Of a stretch of 64,000 bases of DNA, positions 21,101 through 31,702 are shown piece after piece; the stretch's first letter is position 1; the number at the start of each line of letters is the position of its first letter. Source of the DNA: Gemmatimonadota bacterium (GTDB lineage Bacteria > Gemmatimonadota > Gemmatimonadetes > Gemmatimonadales > GWC2-71-9); assembly GCA_036679605.1 (NCBI GenBank), contig JAZDCZ010000218.1, forward strand, positions 1 to 64,000, written 5' to 3'. A model generated the notes under the pieces. It worked only from the letters and a program-made list of their open reading frames with translations. It had not been told where the DNA came from and searched no databases. The position numbers were made by a program, and so were the translations under genes.

Positions 21101-22447
21101 ATGGAAGTTGAGAGGCAAGAGGAAATGACCGAGGGGATGGACGCTCAGAACGTCGTCGGACGGGCGCAGGATATACTTGGTAGGAACAAGGACCCACTAC
21201 TCGATGAGGATAATCCCTTTGAGGCAATGATGGCGCGGTTCGATCATGCCGCCGAGTTACTCAGCTTGGATCCGGGGATCTACAAAATCTTTCGGGAGCC
21301 GGAAAAACAGGTCATCGTATCAATCCCTACCCACCTCGACAGCGGTGAGATCGAAGTATTTACGGGATTCCGAGTCATTCACAATACCGCCCGTGGCCCC
21401 GCCAAGGGAGGTATTCGGTTCGACCTACGTGTGTCACTCGACGAGGTAAAGGCATTGGCCGCATGGATGACCTGGAAGTGTGGTGTCGTCAACATCCCGT
21501 TTGGCGGGTCCAAGGGCGGTGTCATCTGCGATCCGAGCGTATTGTCCATTAGCGAGTTGGAGAGAATTACCCGTAGGTACACAGCGACTTTGATGGAGAT
21601 ACTTGGGCCCGAATCCGACATTCCTGCACCAGACGTAAATACGAACGAACGAGTGATGGCGTGGATCATGGACACATACTCCATGCACAAGCGCCATCCT
21701 GTTACCGCGGTCGTGACGGGGAAGCCGGTAGAGATGGGCGGATCGCTGGGCAGACGCGAAGCGACAGGACGAGGCTGCATGATCGTCACGAAAGCGGCAC
21801 TCAAGTACCTTGGCCTTCCGTTGAGAGGTACCAAGGTGGCGGTGCAGGGGTTCGGCAACGTTGGGTCGGTCGCGGCTCGCCTTCTGGAGCGGGAGGGCCT
21901 AACGATTGTCGCCATTAGTGACGTCTCCGGATCCATATACAACCCCAACGGCATATACATCGAAGACACGATCGAATGGGTGAGAGAACATCGATATCTA
22001 ACCGGCTATCCGAATGCCGAAGAGCTTCCGGTCAACGAACTCTTTAGCCTTGACGTAGATGTTCTTATCCCGGCGGCCGTAGAGAATGCCATAACATCCA
22101 AGAACGCGGGCGACGTCAAGGCGAAAGTGATCTGTGAAGGGGCGAATGGACCAACCACACCTAACGCCGACCGAATTCTCGAATCAAACGGTGTATTTGT
22201 TGTCCCGGACATCCTCGCAAATGCTGGAGGAGTGACGGTCAGTTATTTCGAGTGGGTGCAGGACAGAGGCGGCTACTTCTGGGATGAAAAGACAGTCGTC
22301 TCAAGACTCAACACGATCATTCAGCGAGCGTTTCAGGATGTCCTGTCTGTTGCCGAACGCCATTCGGTCAATATGCGTGTAGCTGCCTACATGCTGGCAA
22401 TCGAAAGGGTCGCTGCAGTTCATCGATTACGCGGATTATATGCCTAA
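21101..22447 (+). CDS. gdhA: Glutamate dehydrogenase (Glu/Leu/Phe/Val family)
   Basis: [29 protein letters not shown] and [13 protein letters not shown]. Confidence 0.93.
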   Translation: MEVERQEEMTEGMDAQNVVGRAQDILGRNKDPLLDEDNPFEAMMARFDHAAELLSLDPGIYKIFREPEKQVIVSIPTHLDSGEIEVFTGFRVIHNTARGPAKGGIRFDLRVSLDEVKALAAWMTWKCGVVNIPFGGSKGGVICDPSVLSISELERITRRYTATLMEILGPESDIPAPDVNTNERVMAWIMDTYSMHKRHPVTAVVTGKPVEMGGSLGRREATGRGCMIVTKAALKYLGLPLRGTKVAVQGFGNVGSVAARLLEREGLTIVAISDVSGSIYNPNGIYIEDTIEWVREHRYLTGYPNAEELPVNELFSLDVDVLIPAAVENAITSKNAGDVKAKVICEGANGPTTPNADRILESNGVFVVPDILANAGGVTVSYFEWVQDRGGYFWDEKTVVSRLNTIIQRAFQDVLSVAERHSVNMRVAAYMLAIERVAAVHRLRGLYA

Positions 22448-22923
22448 TGACGATTCACCTCGTCGCGGTCGGACAGATAAAGAACCCATCTATTCGCGAA
22501 ACATGCGCAGACTACGCCTCCCGCATACAACACTACATGCGCTTGGAGATAAAAGAGGTGAAGGATGGAGGCCGGCGCGACCGCGACGCAGCTTACGCCC
22601 GTATGCTGGAAAGCCAGGCACTCTATCAAGTAGCACCGAAAGGCTGCAGCATCGTGGCACTTACAAGGTCGGGCAGCAGTGAGACCAGTCAATCCTTTGC
22701 CAAGATGCTAGAGAGTTGGCGTAGCCAGAGCAACCATGTCGCTCTGCTGTTGGGCGGTGCCCACGGCCTCGATGGAGATATACTGGAACGGGCAGATGCA
22801 AGCCTGAGTCTGTCACAATTCACACTGCCTCACGACATTGCAAGGCTTGTTACCCTGGAGCAATTGTACAGAGCCTGCACGATTTTGCGCGGCGAGCCGT
22901 ACCACAAGGAAAGCACACAGTGA
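22447..22923 (+). CDS. rlmH: 23S rRNA pseudouridine-1915 N3-methyltransferase
   Basis: GGAHG, SLSQFTLPH and LEQLYRA..I..GEPYHK. Confidence 0.94.
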   Translation: MTIHLVAVGQIKNPSIRETCADYASRIQHYMRLEIKEVKDGGRRDRDAAYARMLESQALYQVAPKGCSIVALTRSGSSETSQSFAKMLESWRSQSNHVALLLGGAHGLDGDILERADASLSLSQFTLPHDIARLVTLEQLYRACTILRGEPYHKESTQ

Positions 22924-23642
22924 CCGAATGGTTCGAACAGTGGTTTGGCGAAGCATATCTAAGACTTTACCGTCATCGCGACGACCAAGAAGCAGCCGCC
23001 GCCGTCTCACTGATAGGTAATAGTGTGGCTTTGACGGACACCACAGTGCTCGACTTGGCATGTGGACCGGGACGCCATTTGGAGCAACTTCGAGCTGCTG
23101 GTGCGAGGCCAATCGGATTCGATCTTTCGATGCCGCTTCTCAGTCGGGCACGTCATCGCGCCACACCAGAGTTGACAGTGGTCCGAGGTGACATGAGAAT
23201 CCTACCCTTTCGACGTTCGTCATTCGACATCGTTGTCAACCTGTTCACCAGCTTCGGCTACTTCGCAGATGACGAACAGCACAGCAAGGTGCTGCGCTGT
23301 GTCGCCAGCACCCTGAAGCCTAACGGGACACTCATCATAGATTACTTCAATGCGACCAGCCTCGTGGCAAACTTGGTGCCGCATGAGGAGCAACAAATCG
23401 GAAGCCAGAGTGTCATCATAGACCGGCGCCTTAGTGATGACGGACGATTCGTACTAAAGGACATGCATCTCTTGGACGACGGCCACCAGTTCACCGAACG
23501 AGTCCGCCTCTTTACGCCTGCTGATTTGACCAGTCTGTTGGCTGACGCGAACCTCCAAGTATTCCAGCGCTTTGGCGACTACGAGGGCGCAGACCTCACC
23601 GACGAGAGTCCGCGTACAATCCTGTTGGCAAAGCTGACATAA
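22920..23642 (+). CDS. Class I SAM-dependent methyltransferase
   Basis: LDLACGPGRH, GDMR and NLFTSFGYF; N-terminal WFEQWF...Y..LY.HRD. Confidence 0.88.
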   Translation: MTEWFEQWFGEAYLRLYRHRDDQEAAAAVSLIGNSVALTDTTVLDLACGPGRHLEQLRAAGARPIGFDLSMPLLSRARHRATPELTVVRGDMRILPFRRSSFDIVVNLFTSFGYFADDEQHSKVLRCVASTLKPNGTLIIDYFNATSLVANLVPHEEQQIGSQSVIIDRRLSDDGRFVLKDMHLLDDGHQFTERVRLFTPADLTSLLADANLQVFQRFGDYEGADLTDESPRTILLAKLT

Positions 23643-23644
23643 CT

Positions 23645-25180
23645 GTGATCATCCAGTCCGTTCCTACGGGGCAGCCACCTCGGCTCGATCTGGCCAATCA
23701 CACTGTAGAAGGCCTTGCGCGACTGGACCCCAGCATCGCTCCAGCATTCCTTGCCCACGGAGCTGCACTAGCAAATCTAGACAAACTCGCCGAGGGCAAG
23801 GCCCTGTGCGTGACTACGGGACAACAACCGGGACTCCTAACCGGACCGTCGCTTACTATTCATAAAGCTATGTCGGCGGTTGCCGCTGCCCACTCGCTAG
23901 AGGCACGTTTGGGGACCGCAGTGGTACCAGTGTTCTGGGTGGCCGGAGACGATCATGATTTTGCTGAATCCAATCATTTCTACCTCTTGGATGCGAATAA
24001 CGAGGTAGACCGTGTCGTCCTACGTGAGCGAGGGGCCACAGCACCGCTAACCCCTCTCTACAAAGAGATGCTAAGCTCGGACATCGAGGATGTACTGGCA
24101 ACAGTTACTCGTACCACACCTGATACCGAGTTCCGACCAGACGTCATGGATTGGCTCACCAGGCATTATCATCCCGAGAGTGACATAGCAAGTGCCTTCG
24201 CCGGGGCGCTAGCCGAACTTCTGGGTAAGTATGGAGTGGTAGTCTTTCGTCCCACTGAGCAGGCAGCCAAGAAAGCTGCTGCCCCTTTTATTTGCCGAGC
24301 ATTGGAACGTGCTGCGGACATCAACGCAGGTCTCGCTACGCAGGCGACAAGGCTCGCGGCAAGCGGCGAGGCCGTGCCCGTAAGCATAGATGAACAAGCG
24401 ACCACCGTAATGATCGAGGCAACGCTGGGGCGCGATCGACTCCTGTATCGTAACGACAGTTTCGTAGCTCGCCGATCTGGAGAATCATGGTCTCAGTCTG
24501 AACTGCTTGAGCTTCTCGCAAATGACCCAGAGAGGTTTTCTCCCAATGTCCTCTTGCGTCCTGTGGTTGAGGCAGCATTGCTCCCAACGATCGCGTACGT
24601 TGCCGGCCCAGGCGAGATGAAATATCTAGCACAGGCTGATTCCATCTACGAAGTAATCGGAGTTGAACCTCAATCGCGAATCGCGCGTTGGAGTGGCAGG
24701 ATCATCGAACCGAGAGTAGCGAGAGTCTTGAAGAAATATGACATAACGCCGGACGATATATCCGGACCAGACGGGCAATTGGAGGCACGTCTTGTACGCG
24801 ACGACATGCCGGTGGAAGCCGAATCTGCAATTGCGGAGCTGCGACAGAGCATCACCGAACAGTATGACAGGCTCGTTACTGCCGCCGGCGACCTCGATCC
24901 GACACTACGGAAACCGATCGAGTCAGCTGGCAGAACCTCGCTCAAAGATCTTGCCCACGCTGAAAGAAGAATCATTTCCCACTTGAAGCTGCGCAATGAG
25001 ATCGTCATTAAGCAGTTAGCAAAAGCTCGCCACAGTTTGTATCCGCAGGGTAAACCCCAAGAGCGCGTTCTCAACATAGTTCCGTTCTTGATACGCTACG
25101 GTGATTCTCTCTTGGACCAAGTGCTGGAGAAGTGTGTGGATTGGAACAGAGCACTCGAAACAGTGCCTGCCGACACATAG
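23645..25180 (+). CDS. bshC: Bacillithiol biosynthesis cysteine-adding enzyme BshC
   Basis: TGQQPGLLTGP, PVFWVAGDDHDFAE, SPNVLLRP, YVAGPGE..Y.AQ and PQERV. Confidence 0.92.
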   Translation: MIIQSVPTGQPPRLDLANHTVEGLARLDPSIAPAFLAHGAALANLDKLAEGKALCVTTGQQPGLLTGPSLTIHKAMSAVAAAHSLEARLGTAVVPVFWVAGDDHDFAESNHFYLLDANNEVDRVVLRERGATAPLTPLYKEMLSSDIEDVLATVTRTTPDTEFRPDVMDWLTRHYHPESDIASAFAGALAELLGKYGVVVFRPTEQAAKKAAAPFICRALERAADINAGLATQATRLAASGEAVPVSIDEQATTVMIEATLGRDRLLYRNDSFVARRSGESWSQSELLELLANDPERFSPNVLLRPVVEAALLPTIAYVAGPGEMKYLAQADSIYEVIGVEPQSRIARWSGRIIEPRVARVLKKYDITPDDISGPDGQLEARLVRDDMPVEAESAIAELRQSITEQYDRLVTAAGDLDPTLRKPIESAGRTSLKDLAHAERRIISHLKLRNEIVIKQLAKARHSLYPQGKPQERVLNIVPFLIRYGDSLLDQVLEKCVDWNRALETVPADT

Positions 25181-25189
25181 GGAGGATCG

Positions 25190-25468
25190 GTGCTCTGGAT
25201 CATAGCACTGGTAATTTTGTTTGTGGCTCTCGCGCTTCCGGCCATCGGCAGGATACTGTACTTGCCCAGCACTCGAAATATCTTCCGCGGAAACCACCAC
25301 CCGTCCATGGATGAAGTCATGGAAAGGATTCGATCCCTCGAGGATGAGGTTTCTCTTCTAGGTAAGTCTCTGAGTGATCTGCGAGACGAGAACATATTTG
25401 TGCAGAATCTGCTAGCGAATCCCGAGGTGACGGAATCACGAGCAGTCCTCCCCAATTCAGACACTTGA
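25190..25468 (+). CDS. Small hypothetical protein: N-terminal TM helix plus coiled coil
   Basis: Strong GGGAGG SD; fills the bshC-murJ gap; hydrophobic N-terminus and heptads (RIRSLEDEVSLLGKSLSDL). Confidence 0.7.
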   Translation: MLWIIALVILFVALALPAIGRILYLPSTRNIFRGNHHPSMDEVMERIRSLEDEVSLLGKSLSDLRDENIFVQNLLANPEVTESRAVLPNSDT

Positions 25469-25472
25469 TACT

Positions 25473-27014
25473 GTGCCACCGTCGCAGGGACGACTAGCAG
25501 CCCGCGTCGGCGCCGGTATTCTCCTTACCCGCATTCTCGGCTTTGTGCGGGAGCGTGTGTTTGCTCACTACTTCGGCAACGGGATAGAGGCTGACGCGTT
25601 CAGGGCAGCACTCCGCATACCTAACGCCATCCGCAACCTCCTGGGTGAGGGTACGCTCTCCGCCTCATTCATCCCGGTATACGCCGGCATGCTCGAGCGT
25701 GGCGAAGAAGAAGAGGCTCGCCGCCTTGCCGGTACGGTCGCCTCGCTCCTCATCATCTTGACTGCAGTGGCGGCCTTGATCGGGATTGGGCTGGCGCCAT
25801 TCATTACCGATTTTGCCGCACCTGGTTTTGAGGGCTACCAACGTGATCTAACAGTCACCTTAGTGAAGATCATGTTTCCAATGTTCGGTGCCCTGATCCT
25901 ATCGGCCTGGTGCCTCGGAATACTCAACACACACCGAAAGTTTTTTCTATCGTATGCCGCTCCCGCGATTTGGAACGTAGCTCAGATAGGGACACTGATC
26001 GCATTCGGGAGTCGAATGATGGGAGCGTCGCTTGCCACAGCTCTCGCATGGGGCGCACTTGGTGGAGGCGTTCTGCAGATTGCGATTCAGCTTCCAACAG
26101 TCCTCAAGCTGGTGCAACGAATCCACTGGGGACTCGATCTAGACGTTCCGGGCGTCCGCGCGGTTGTACGAGCCTGGATTCCCGTCGTTTTCGGCGCCGG
26201 AGTAGTGCAGGTTTCGAGCGTCATTGATACCCAATTGGGGTCCCTAGTCGGATCTGGCGCAGTAGCCAAGATCGGATATGCCCAGCTCCTCGCGATCCTT
26301 CCTGTATCGCTATTCGGTGTGAGCGTGGCCGCCGTGGCATTGCCCGAACTGAGCCGCGAGGCCGCTACGGACGCAAGCGAATCACTCAAGGTGCGCTTGG
26401 CCCACGGACTCCGCCAGGTCACATTCTTCGCAATACCCGCCGCCTTCGCATTTGCGAGCTTGGCACCACAGATCGTGGGCGCGCTATTCCAAACCGGAGC
26501 CTTTGACGCCCAGGACACCGCAATGGTGGCCGCAGTGTTGGCAGCCTACTCCATTGCCGTACCAGCGCAGTCAAGCATTAAGCTCCTAGCCTCGGGCCAC
26601 TACGCACTCGGCGATACCCGGACACCCGTCCTCATCGCTGTGCTGAGTGTGGTCACATCTGCTTCTACTGCCTTTCTGTTGATGCGCAGCCTGGGTGTCG
26701 TGGGTATAGCGCTAGGTGCGAGCGCCGGCTCGTATCTCAATGTCGCCCTCAACGGGCTCGCTCTACGGCGCCGAATTGGAAGCGTTTCCGCTCCCGACAC
26801 GATGCGTTCCATGAGTTCCACCGCGATTGGTGCCATCCTAGCGTCGTGGCTTGGTGCGCTGTCGGCAGGCCTGGGGAATCAGGGTCTGTGGCTCTCTGCC
26901 GCCACCGGGCTGGGCACCTTCGCCCTGGTCTATGCCTCAGTCACTCTCGCACTCGGGCATCCGGAAGCCAAGCGAGTCGCAAACGCCATCAGGCGGTCGT
27001 TACAGAGCAATTAA
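25473..27014 (+). CDS. murJ: Lipid II flippase MurJ (MviN)
   Basis: RILGFVRE, ADAF..A.RIPN..RNLLGEGTLSASFIP and DTRTP; many TM segments. Confidence 0.93.
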   Translation: MPPSQGRLAARVGAGILLTRILGFVRERVFAHYFGNGIEADAFRAALRIPNAIRNLLGEGTLSASFIPVYAGMLERGEEEEARRLAGTVASLLIILTAVAALIGIGLAPFITDFAAPGFEGYQRDLTVTLVKIMFPMFGALILSAWCLGILNTHRKFFLSYAAPAIWNVAQIGTLIAFGSRMMGASLATALAWGALGGGVLQIAIQLPTVLKLVQRIHWGLDLDVPGVRAVVRAWIPVVFGAGVVQVSSVIDTQLGSLVGSGAVAKIGYAQLLAILPVSLFGVSVAAVALPELSREAATDASESLKVRLAHGLRQVTFFAIPAAFAFASLAPQIVGALFQTGAFDAQDTAMVAAVLAAYSIAVPAQSSIKLLASGHYALGDTRTPVLIAVLSVVTSASTAFLLMRSLGVVGIALGASAGSYLNVALNGLALRRRIGSVSAPDTMRSMSSTAIGAILASWLGALSAGLGNQGLWLSAATGLGTFALVYASVTLALGHPEAKRVANAIRRSLQSN

Positions 27015-27023
27015 CTTCTACAG

Positions 27024-28835
27024 ATGCAGAAACGACCGGGCACCTCACTACACGCGAAAATCGCGTCTCTGCCGTCACAACCGGGCGTGTACCTGTGGAA
27101 AGATTGCACCGGCAAGGTGCTCTACGTTGGCAAGGCCAAACGGCTAAGGGAGCGCGTCCGCAACTATTTCACATCGGATCACTCGCACAGCCCCAAGAAT
27201 CGCGTTCTTGTTAAAGCGATTGCTGACGTAGAGACAATCGTAGTGCGGTCGGAGGCTGAAGCGCTTCTCCTCGAAAACAATCTGATCAAGGAGCACCAGC
27301 CCCGTTTCAACATCCGACTGCGCGACGACAAGAGCTATCCATACGTGGCGGTTACGGTAGGTGAACCATTTCCGCGCGTCCTCGTCGTGAGGCAGCTCAA
27401 CATCAAAGGGGCGCGATACTTCGGTCCGTATACCGACGTCACCGCACTTCGCCGGACTCTCCGCATTATTCGGCGCGTGTTTACCGTGCGCTCGTGCCGC
27501 TACCGACTGCCCAATGAAGCGCCTGACCGCCCTTGCCTCGATTATCACATCAAACGCTGCTTTGCTCCATGTGTCGGGTATCAAGATATCCCAAACTACC
27601 GAGAGATGATCGACGACGTACTCACTTTCCTAGAAGGGAAAACCGTCGAGGTACGCGCCAGGCTACGTGAGAGGATGAACGCCGCGTCGAAGAAACTCGA
27701 TTTCGAGCGGGCGGCGGAAATCAGAAACTCGCTAAGATGGATGGATCAACTGGAGCGGCCCCAGATGGTCCAGGTCGTTGGTGGCAAGGATGTGGACGCA
27801 CTCGGATTCGCCAGAGACGGAGACGATGCTGTTTGCGTCGTCCTGCGCGTCCGCCGCGGCAAGGTCCTCGCGAGCGAACACAAGTTCTTGACCAATTTGC
27901 GTGATGAACCAAGCGATGCGGTGCTCAGCGCCTTTCTAATTCGATACTATGTTTCGAGAACCGATAAGGCCCGTAGTGCGGCATTGCCGTTTCCGCCCGA
28001 GGACCTCGAGTCGATAGCGACACTCGAGAAGGATACTCTGCTGCGGGTGCCCCAACGGGGCACTCAACGCAAACTGGTAGATCTGGCTGATCAGAACGCA
28101 CGCCATCTACTGGAAAGCTTCAGGATCGAATCGTTTGAAACGGAGGAGCGTGCCGAGGACCCCGTCTACGCTCTGGGAAGAGATCTGGGACTCGAGGTAC
28201 TGCCACGTAACCTAGCATGCGTGGATATCTCAACCAACCAGGGTACCGATACCGTAGGCTCACTAGTATGGTTCGAGGCCGGTAGACCGAAAAAGAGCGA
28301 ATACCGCCGATTCAAGATCAAGGGAGAAGGCCAACACGATGATTTCGCCGCGGTACATGAGGTGGTTACCAGATACCTGCAGCGACGGTTGGAGGACGAC
28401 AAGGAGATCCCCGATCTAGTAGTCATAGATGGAGGGAAAGGACAATTGGGGGCCGCACGACGAGCCGTCGAGGAACTCGGATTGGATGGATTGGTGCTCG
28501 TGGGCTTGGCAAAACGCCAAGAGGAGATTTTCATGCATGGGCGCAAAGACAGCATACGTCTATCGAGACGGGCGCCGTCTCTCCAGTTGCTACAACGCGC
28601 CCGCAACGAAGCACATAGGTTTGCAGTTTCATACAACAGAAAACGTAGGAAGAAGAGAACCATCACATCTGTTTTGCTGGAGATACCCGGAGTGGGCGAC
28701 AAGCGCCGGCACGCGTTGCTGGATGGGTTTGGCAGCCCCGCCGGCGTGAGACTGGCAACAGTCGATGAAATAGCTGCACTACCGGGGTTCTCTACAGCGT
28801 TGGCGAAGCGGGTCCTGAGTCATCTGAAGAAATAG
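27024..28835 (+). CDS. uvrC: Excinuclease ABC subunit C
   Basis: PGVY..., YVGKAK.LR.RV, DDKSYPY, UVR domain, IDGGKGQL, EAHRFA and HhH. Confidence 0.96.
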   Translation: MQKRPGTSLHAKIASLPSQPGVYLWKDCTGKVLYVGKAKRLRERVRNYFTSDHSHSPKNRVLVKAIADVETIVVRSEAEALLLENNLIKEHQPRFNIRLRDDKSYPYVAVTVGEPFPRVLVVRQLNIKGARYFGPYTDVTALRRTLRIIRRVFTVRSCRYRLPNEAPDRPCLDYHIKRCFAPCVGYQDIPNYREMIDDVLTFLEGKTVEVRARLRERMNAASKKLDFERAAEIRNSLRWMDQLERPQMVQVVGGKDVDALGFARDGDDAVCVVLRVRRGKVLASEHKFLTNLRDEPSDAVLSAFLIRYYVSRTDKARSAALPFPPEDLESIATLEKDTLLRVPQRGTQRKLVDLADQNARHLLESFRIESFETEERAEDPVYALGRDLGLEVLPRNLACVDISTNQGTDTVGSLVWFEAGRPKKSEYRRFKIKGEGQHDDFAAVHEVVTRYLQRRLEDDKEIPDLVVIDGGKGQLGAARRAVEELGLDGLVLVGLAKRQEEIFMHGRKDSIRLSRRAPSLQLLQRARNEAHRFAVSYNRKRRKKRTITSVLLEIPGVGDKRRHALLDGFGSPAGVRLATVDEIAALPGFSTALAKRVLSHLKK

Positions 28836-28839
28836 GATA

Positions 28840-29994
28840 ATGACGCACCACAACTGGTCGCTGGAGTGCTCAAACTGCGCCCACACGAGAACCGCCGAAG
28901 GACTGCCTACGGTCTGCCCCGATTGTGGCGCACCGTGGCTCGTCCGTTACGAAAACAGTATGCCCAGCCCTGATCTGAAATCGGAGTACGGGCAGCGACC
29001 GTGGTCGATGTGGCGGTACCGCGAGTGGCTACCTCTGACGGACGGTGAGCAGCCTGTGACTCTGGGTGAGGGGACGACTCCGCTGCTGCCGGTGCCGGCG
29101 CTGGCGGAGGCCTTCGGAATGGACACCCTCTTTTTGAAGGACGAGTCGGTCAATCCGACGGGTTCGTTCAAGGCTCGCGGACTTTCAGCAGCAGTGACGA
29201 GGGCGGTCATCGGGGGTGCCACCAAGCTCGTCGCTCCCACTGCGGGGAACGCAGGTGTGGCGTTGAGCGCGTACGGAAAGAGAGCAGGAGTGCAAGTGCA
29301 GGTATTCGCCCCGCAGAGCACTCCCGCCAGGATCCTCGAGCAAATAAGATCATTCGGAGCAACCCTCGAACTCCTCGACGGACACATCGGAGACTGCGGC
29401 AAGGCCGCCCGCGCGCATGCGCATGAGCACGAAGCCTTCGACGTCTCGACTCTACGCGAGCCCTACCGCATCGAGGGAAAGAAGACGTTGGGTCTAGAGA
29501 TCGCGGAGCAATTGGGGTGGACTCTGCCCGATGCCGTGATCTACCCCACAGGAGGCGGAACCGGACTAATAGGAATGTGGAAGTGTTTCAAGGAGCTGCT
29601 GGACGCTGGCTGGGTGTCAGGAGACCCGCCTCGTCTTTACAGCGTTCAGTCAGCTGGTTGTGCCCCAGTTGTCCGGGCTTTTGAGCAGGGCGCCGGCGTG
29701 ACCGAAGCGTGGGAAAACCCCGAGACGGTCGCCAAGGGTCTAAGGGTACCGGCTCCCCTAGGCGGCCCGATTATGTTGACCGCCATCCGCGAGACCGGGG
29801 GAGCCGCCGTCGCGGTAGAGGATAGCGTCTTGACTGAGGCTGCCGAAAAAATGGCGTCGCTAGGAGCCATTGACGCTGGCCCGGAAGGTGGTGCCACTTT
29901 GGCAGCTCTCGATAAACTTGTCCAGTCGGGCCAGATCTCCAGCAGCGAGACCGTGGTGGTCTTTAACACCGGTGCCGGCTGGCTTTATGCCTAG
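28840..29994 (+). CDS. thrC: Threonine synthase-family PLP enzyme
   Basis: N-terminal CxxC...CxxC, LGEGTTPL, NPTGSFKARG, PYRIEGKKT and PTGGG. Confidence 0.8.
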   Translation: MTHHNWSLECSNCAHTRTAEGLPTVCPDCGAPWLVRYENSMPSPDLKSEYGQRPWSMWRYREWLPLTDGEQPVTLGEGTTPLLPVPALAEAFGMDTLFLKDESVNPTGSFKARGLSAAVTRAVIGGATKLVAPTAGNAGVALSAYGKRAGVQVQVFAPQSTPARILEQIRSFGATLELLDGHIGDCGKAARAHAHEHEAFDVSTLREPYRIEGKKTLGLEIAEQLGWTLPDAVIYPTGGGTGLIGMWKCFKELLDAGWVSGDPPRLYSVQSAGCAPVVRAFEQGAGVTEAWENPETVAKGLRVPAPLGGPIMLTAIRETGGAAVAVEDSVLTEAAEKMASLGAIDAGPEGGATLAALDKLVQSGQISSSETVVVFNTGAGWLYA

Positions 29995-30119
29995 TTCATA
30001 TCGATATTTGAAGGGTTGGGACCACTGGGGATGGAGCCATGAGGGGCTCGCCAGGGTATAAGTAGAGTAGGGAATCGTCACAAAACACAGCACAAGCGAT
30101 AAATCGTGAGGAGCACGAA

Positions 30120-31511
30120 ATGAGAAAATTGGCAGTCGGGACCCTGGTGGCACTGGGCCTCGCACTCACTTCCGGACAGCTTCGGGCGCAGGAGAAATAC
30201 CAGAAACCAAACTGCGACCTGAACACCGGGAACTTCCTCGTCAAACAAACGATGACGTACCTCAAAGGTGCGACCGAGGAGCAGTCTGAGAGTCAGCGCC
30301 AACAACTCCTGGTCGACGCCGGACGAAGTCTCCGAGAGGCAATATCTAACGATCTAGGCGACAATCCGGCAGTCTGGTATTTCTACGGCCGGTACTACCT
30401 GCTCATGAACGATGCATTCGGTGCCGATTCCGCATTTCGCCGGGCCCAAGCGGCGGTTCCTGATTGCACGAAGGATATCGACTATTACCGCGAGATGACT
30501 TGGGTGACACATGTCAATAATGGTGTCGACTCCTTGCAGAATGGCTCCTTCGAGGAAGCCAAAGACGAATTCCGTGCGGCAAACACCATTTACCAGGTGG
30601 CGAACGTATCGTACTTCTACCTCGCCAGCATCTTTGGTGACGAACTTGAATCGGACAGCGCACTCTACTACTTCCGCAAGGTCATCGAGATCGGGGCAGA
30701 CGACGAGGAACACGTCGAGAACTATCACCAGGCTGTCGCCAACATGGCCATCGTCTTCAGTGGATTGGAAGACTGGGATTCAGCAGCTGTGTGGTACCGC
30801 AAGGCTCGAGAACTCGATCCCAGCGACACGGATGCGCTGATGGGCTTGGCCCAGGCCTACGAGGCAAGCGGAGAAAGTGACCTCGCACTATCTGTATACG
30901 ATAGCGTACTCGCTAACCAGGAGCAGATGACCGATGTAGATCTGTTCAGCACTGGAAACAAGCTGTTCGGAAGCGACAAGTTCAAGTTGGCCATCGACGC
31001 GTTCGAAGCTGGGCTCAAGAAGAACCCGTTCCACCGCGACGCACTCTACAATCTGGCCAATACCTACCTTGCGATCATCGACGCTGGTGGACAAAGCTCC
31101 GGCGACAGGAAGCAAACTGCGGAGGCCATGGATGCAGTGGCACGCAGGCTGGTCGAGATAGATCCCAAGAACCGGGCTGCGCTCCGGATCTTGGCAGCTT
31201 CACACCAGATGCGCGGGATGGAAGACTCAACGGTGGCCGTGCTGGCGCGGGTAGACCGATTGACCTACGAAGTCAACGTAGACATCTCACAGGTGATTCG
31301 CGGCGGGTACACTGTTCGCGGCAGAGTGGTCAACTTGGCGTCACGAAGCACGTCGGTTCCCACAATAACTTTTGAATTTCTGGACAGCGATGGCAGTGTC
31401 GTGAGCACGCAGACAGTGGCGGCCGCAACCATTGAGAAAGGACAATCCAAGAGATTCTCGTTCACGCAAGCGGGTAGCTCAGTAGTAGCGTGGCGATATA
31501 AGGTGAGTTAA
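30120..31511 (+). CDS. Exported TPR-repeat protein with C-terminal beta domain (FxLYD-like)
   Basis: Signal peptide ending LRA-Q; TPR-like repeats (YRKARELDPSDTDALMGLAQAY); C-terminal GRVVN...ITFEFLDSDG. Confidence 0.75.
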   Translation: MRKLAVGTLVALGLALTSGQLRAQEKYQKPNCDLNTGNFLVKQTMTYLKGATEEQSESQRQQLLVDAGRSLREAISNDLGDNPAVWYFYGRYYLLMNDAFGADSAFRRAQAAVPDCTKDIDYYREMTWVTHVNNGVDSLQNGSFEEAKDEFRAANTIYQVANVSYFYLASIFGDELESDSALYYFRKVIEIGADDEEHVENYHQAVANMAIVFSGLEDWDSAAVWYRKARELDPSDTDALMGLAQAYEASGESDLALSVYDSVLANQEQMTDVDLFSTGNKLFGSDKFKLAIDAFEAGLKKNPFHRDALYNLANTYLAIIDAGGQSSGDRKQTAEAMDAVARRLVEIDPKNRAALRILAASHQMRGMEDSTVAVLARVDRLTYEVNVDISQVIRGGYTVRGRVVNLASRSTSVPTITFEFLDSDGSVVSTQTVAAATIEKGQSKRFSFTQAGSSVVAWRYKVS

Positions 31512-31553
31512 ACGGAGAGAACTTCGACAACGGCGAGAGGTGCCACCAAAACC

Positions 31554-31625
31554 GCGGGCGTAATTCAGGGGTAGAATGTCAGCTTCCCAAGCTGGACGTC
31601 GCCGGTTCGAATCCGGTCGCCCGCT
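31554..31625 (+). tRNA. tRNA-Gly (anticodon CCC); CCA not encoded
   Basis: Acceptor GCGGGCG/CGCCCGC, anticodon loop TTCCCAA and T-loop GGTTCGAATCC. Confidence 0.95.
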
Positions 31626-31702
31626 CTTTTTCCTCCGCCACACACATTTCCCGGCGGTAACAACAGGGCGGTACAATAGGCGGTTGGCGCTCCTCCCAGG
31701 CT

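Noticed and set aside
31554..31700. tRNA-Gly (and tRNA-Arg at 39669) as integration sites
   Set aside because: No duplicated tRNA 3' end, integrase or foreign cargo seen downstream.
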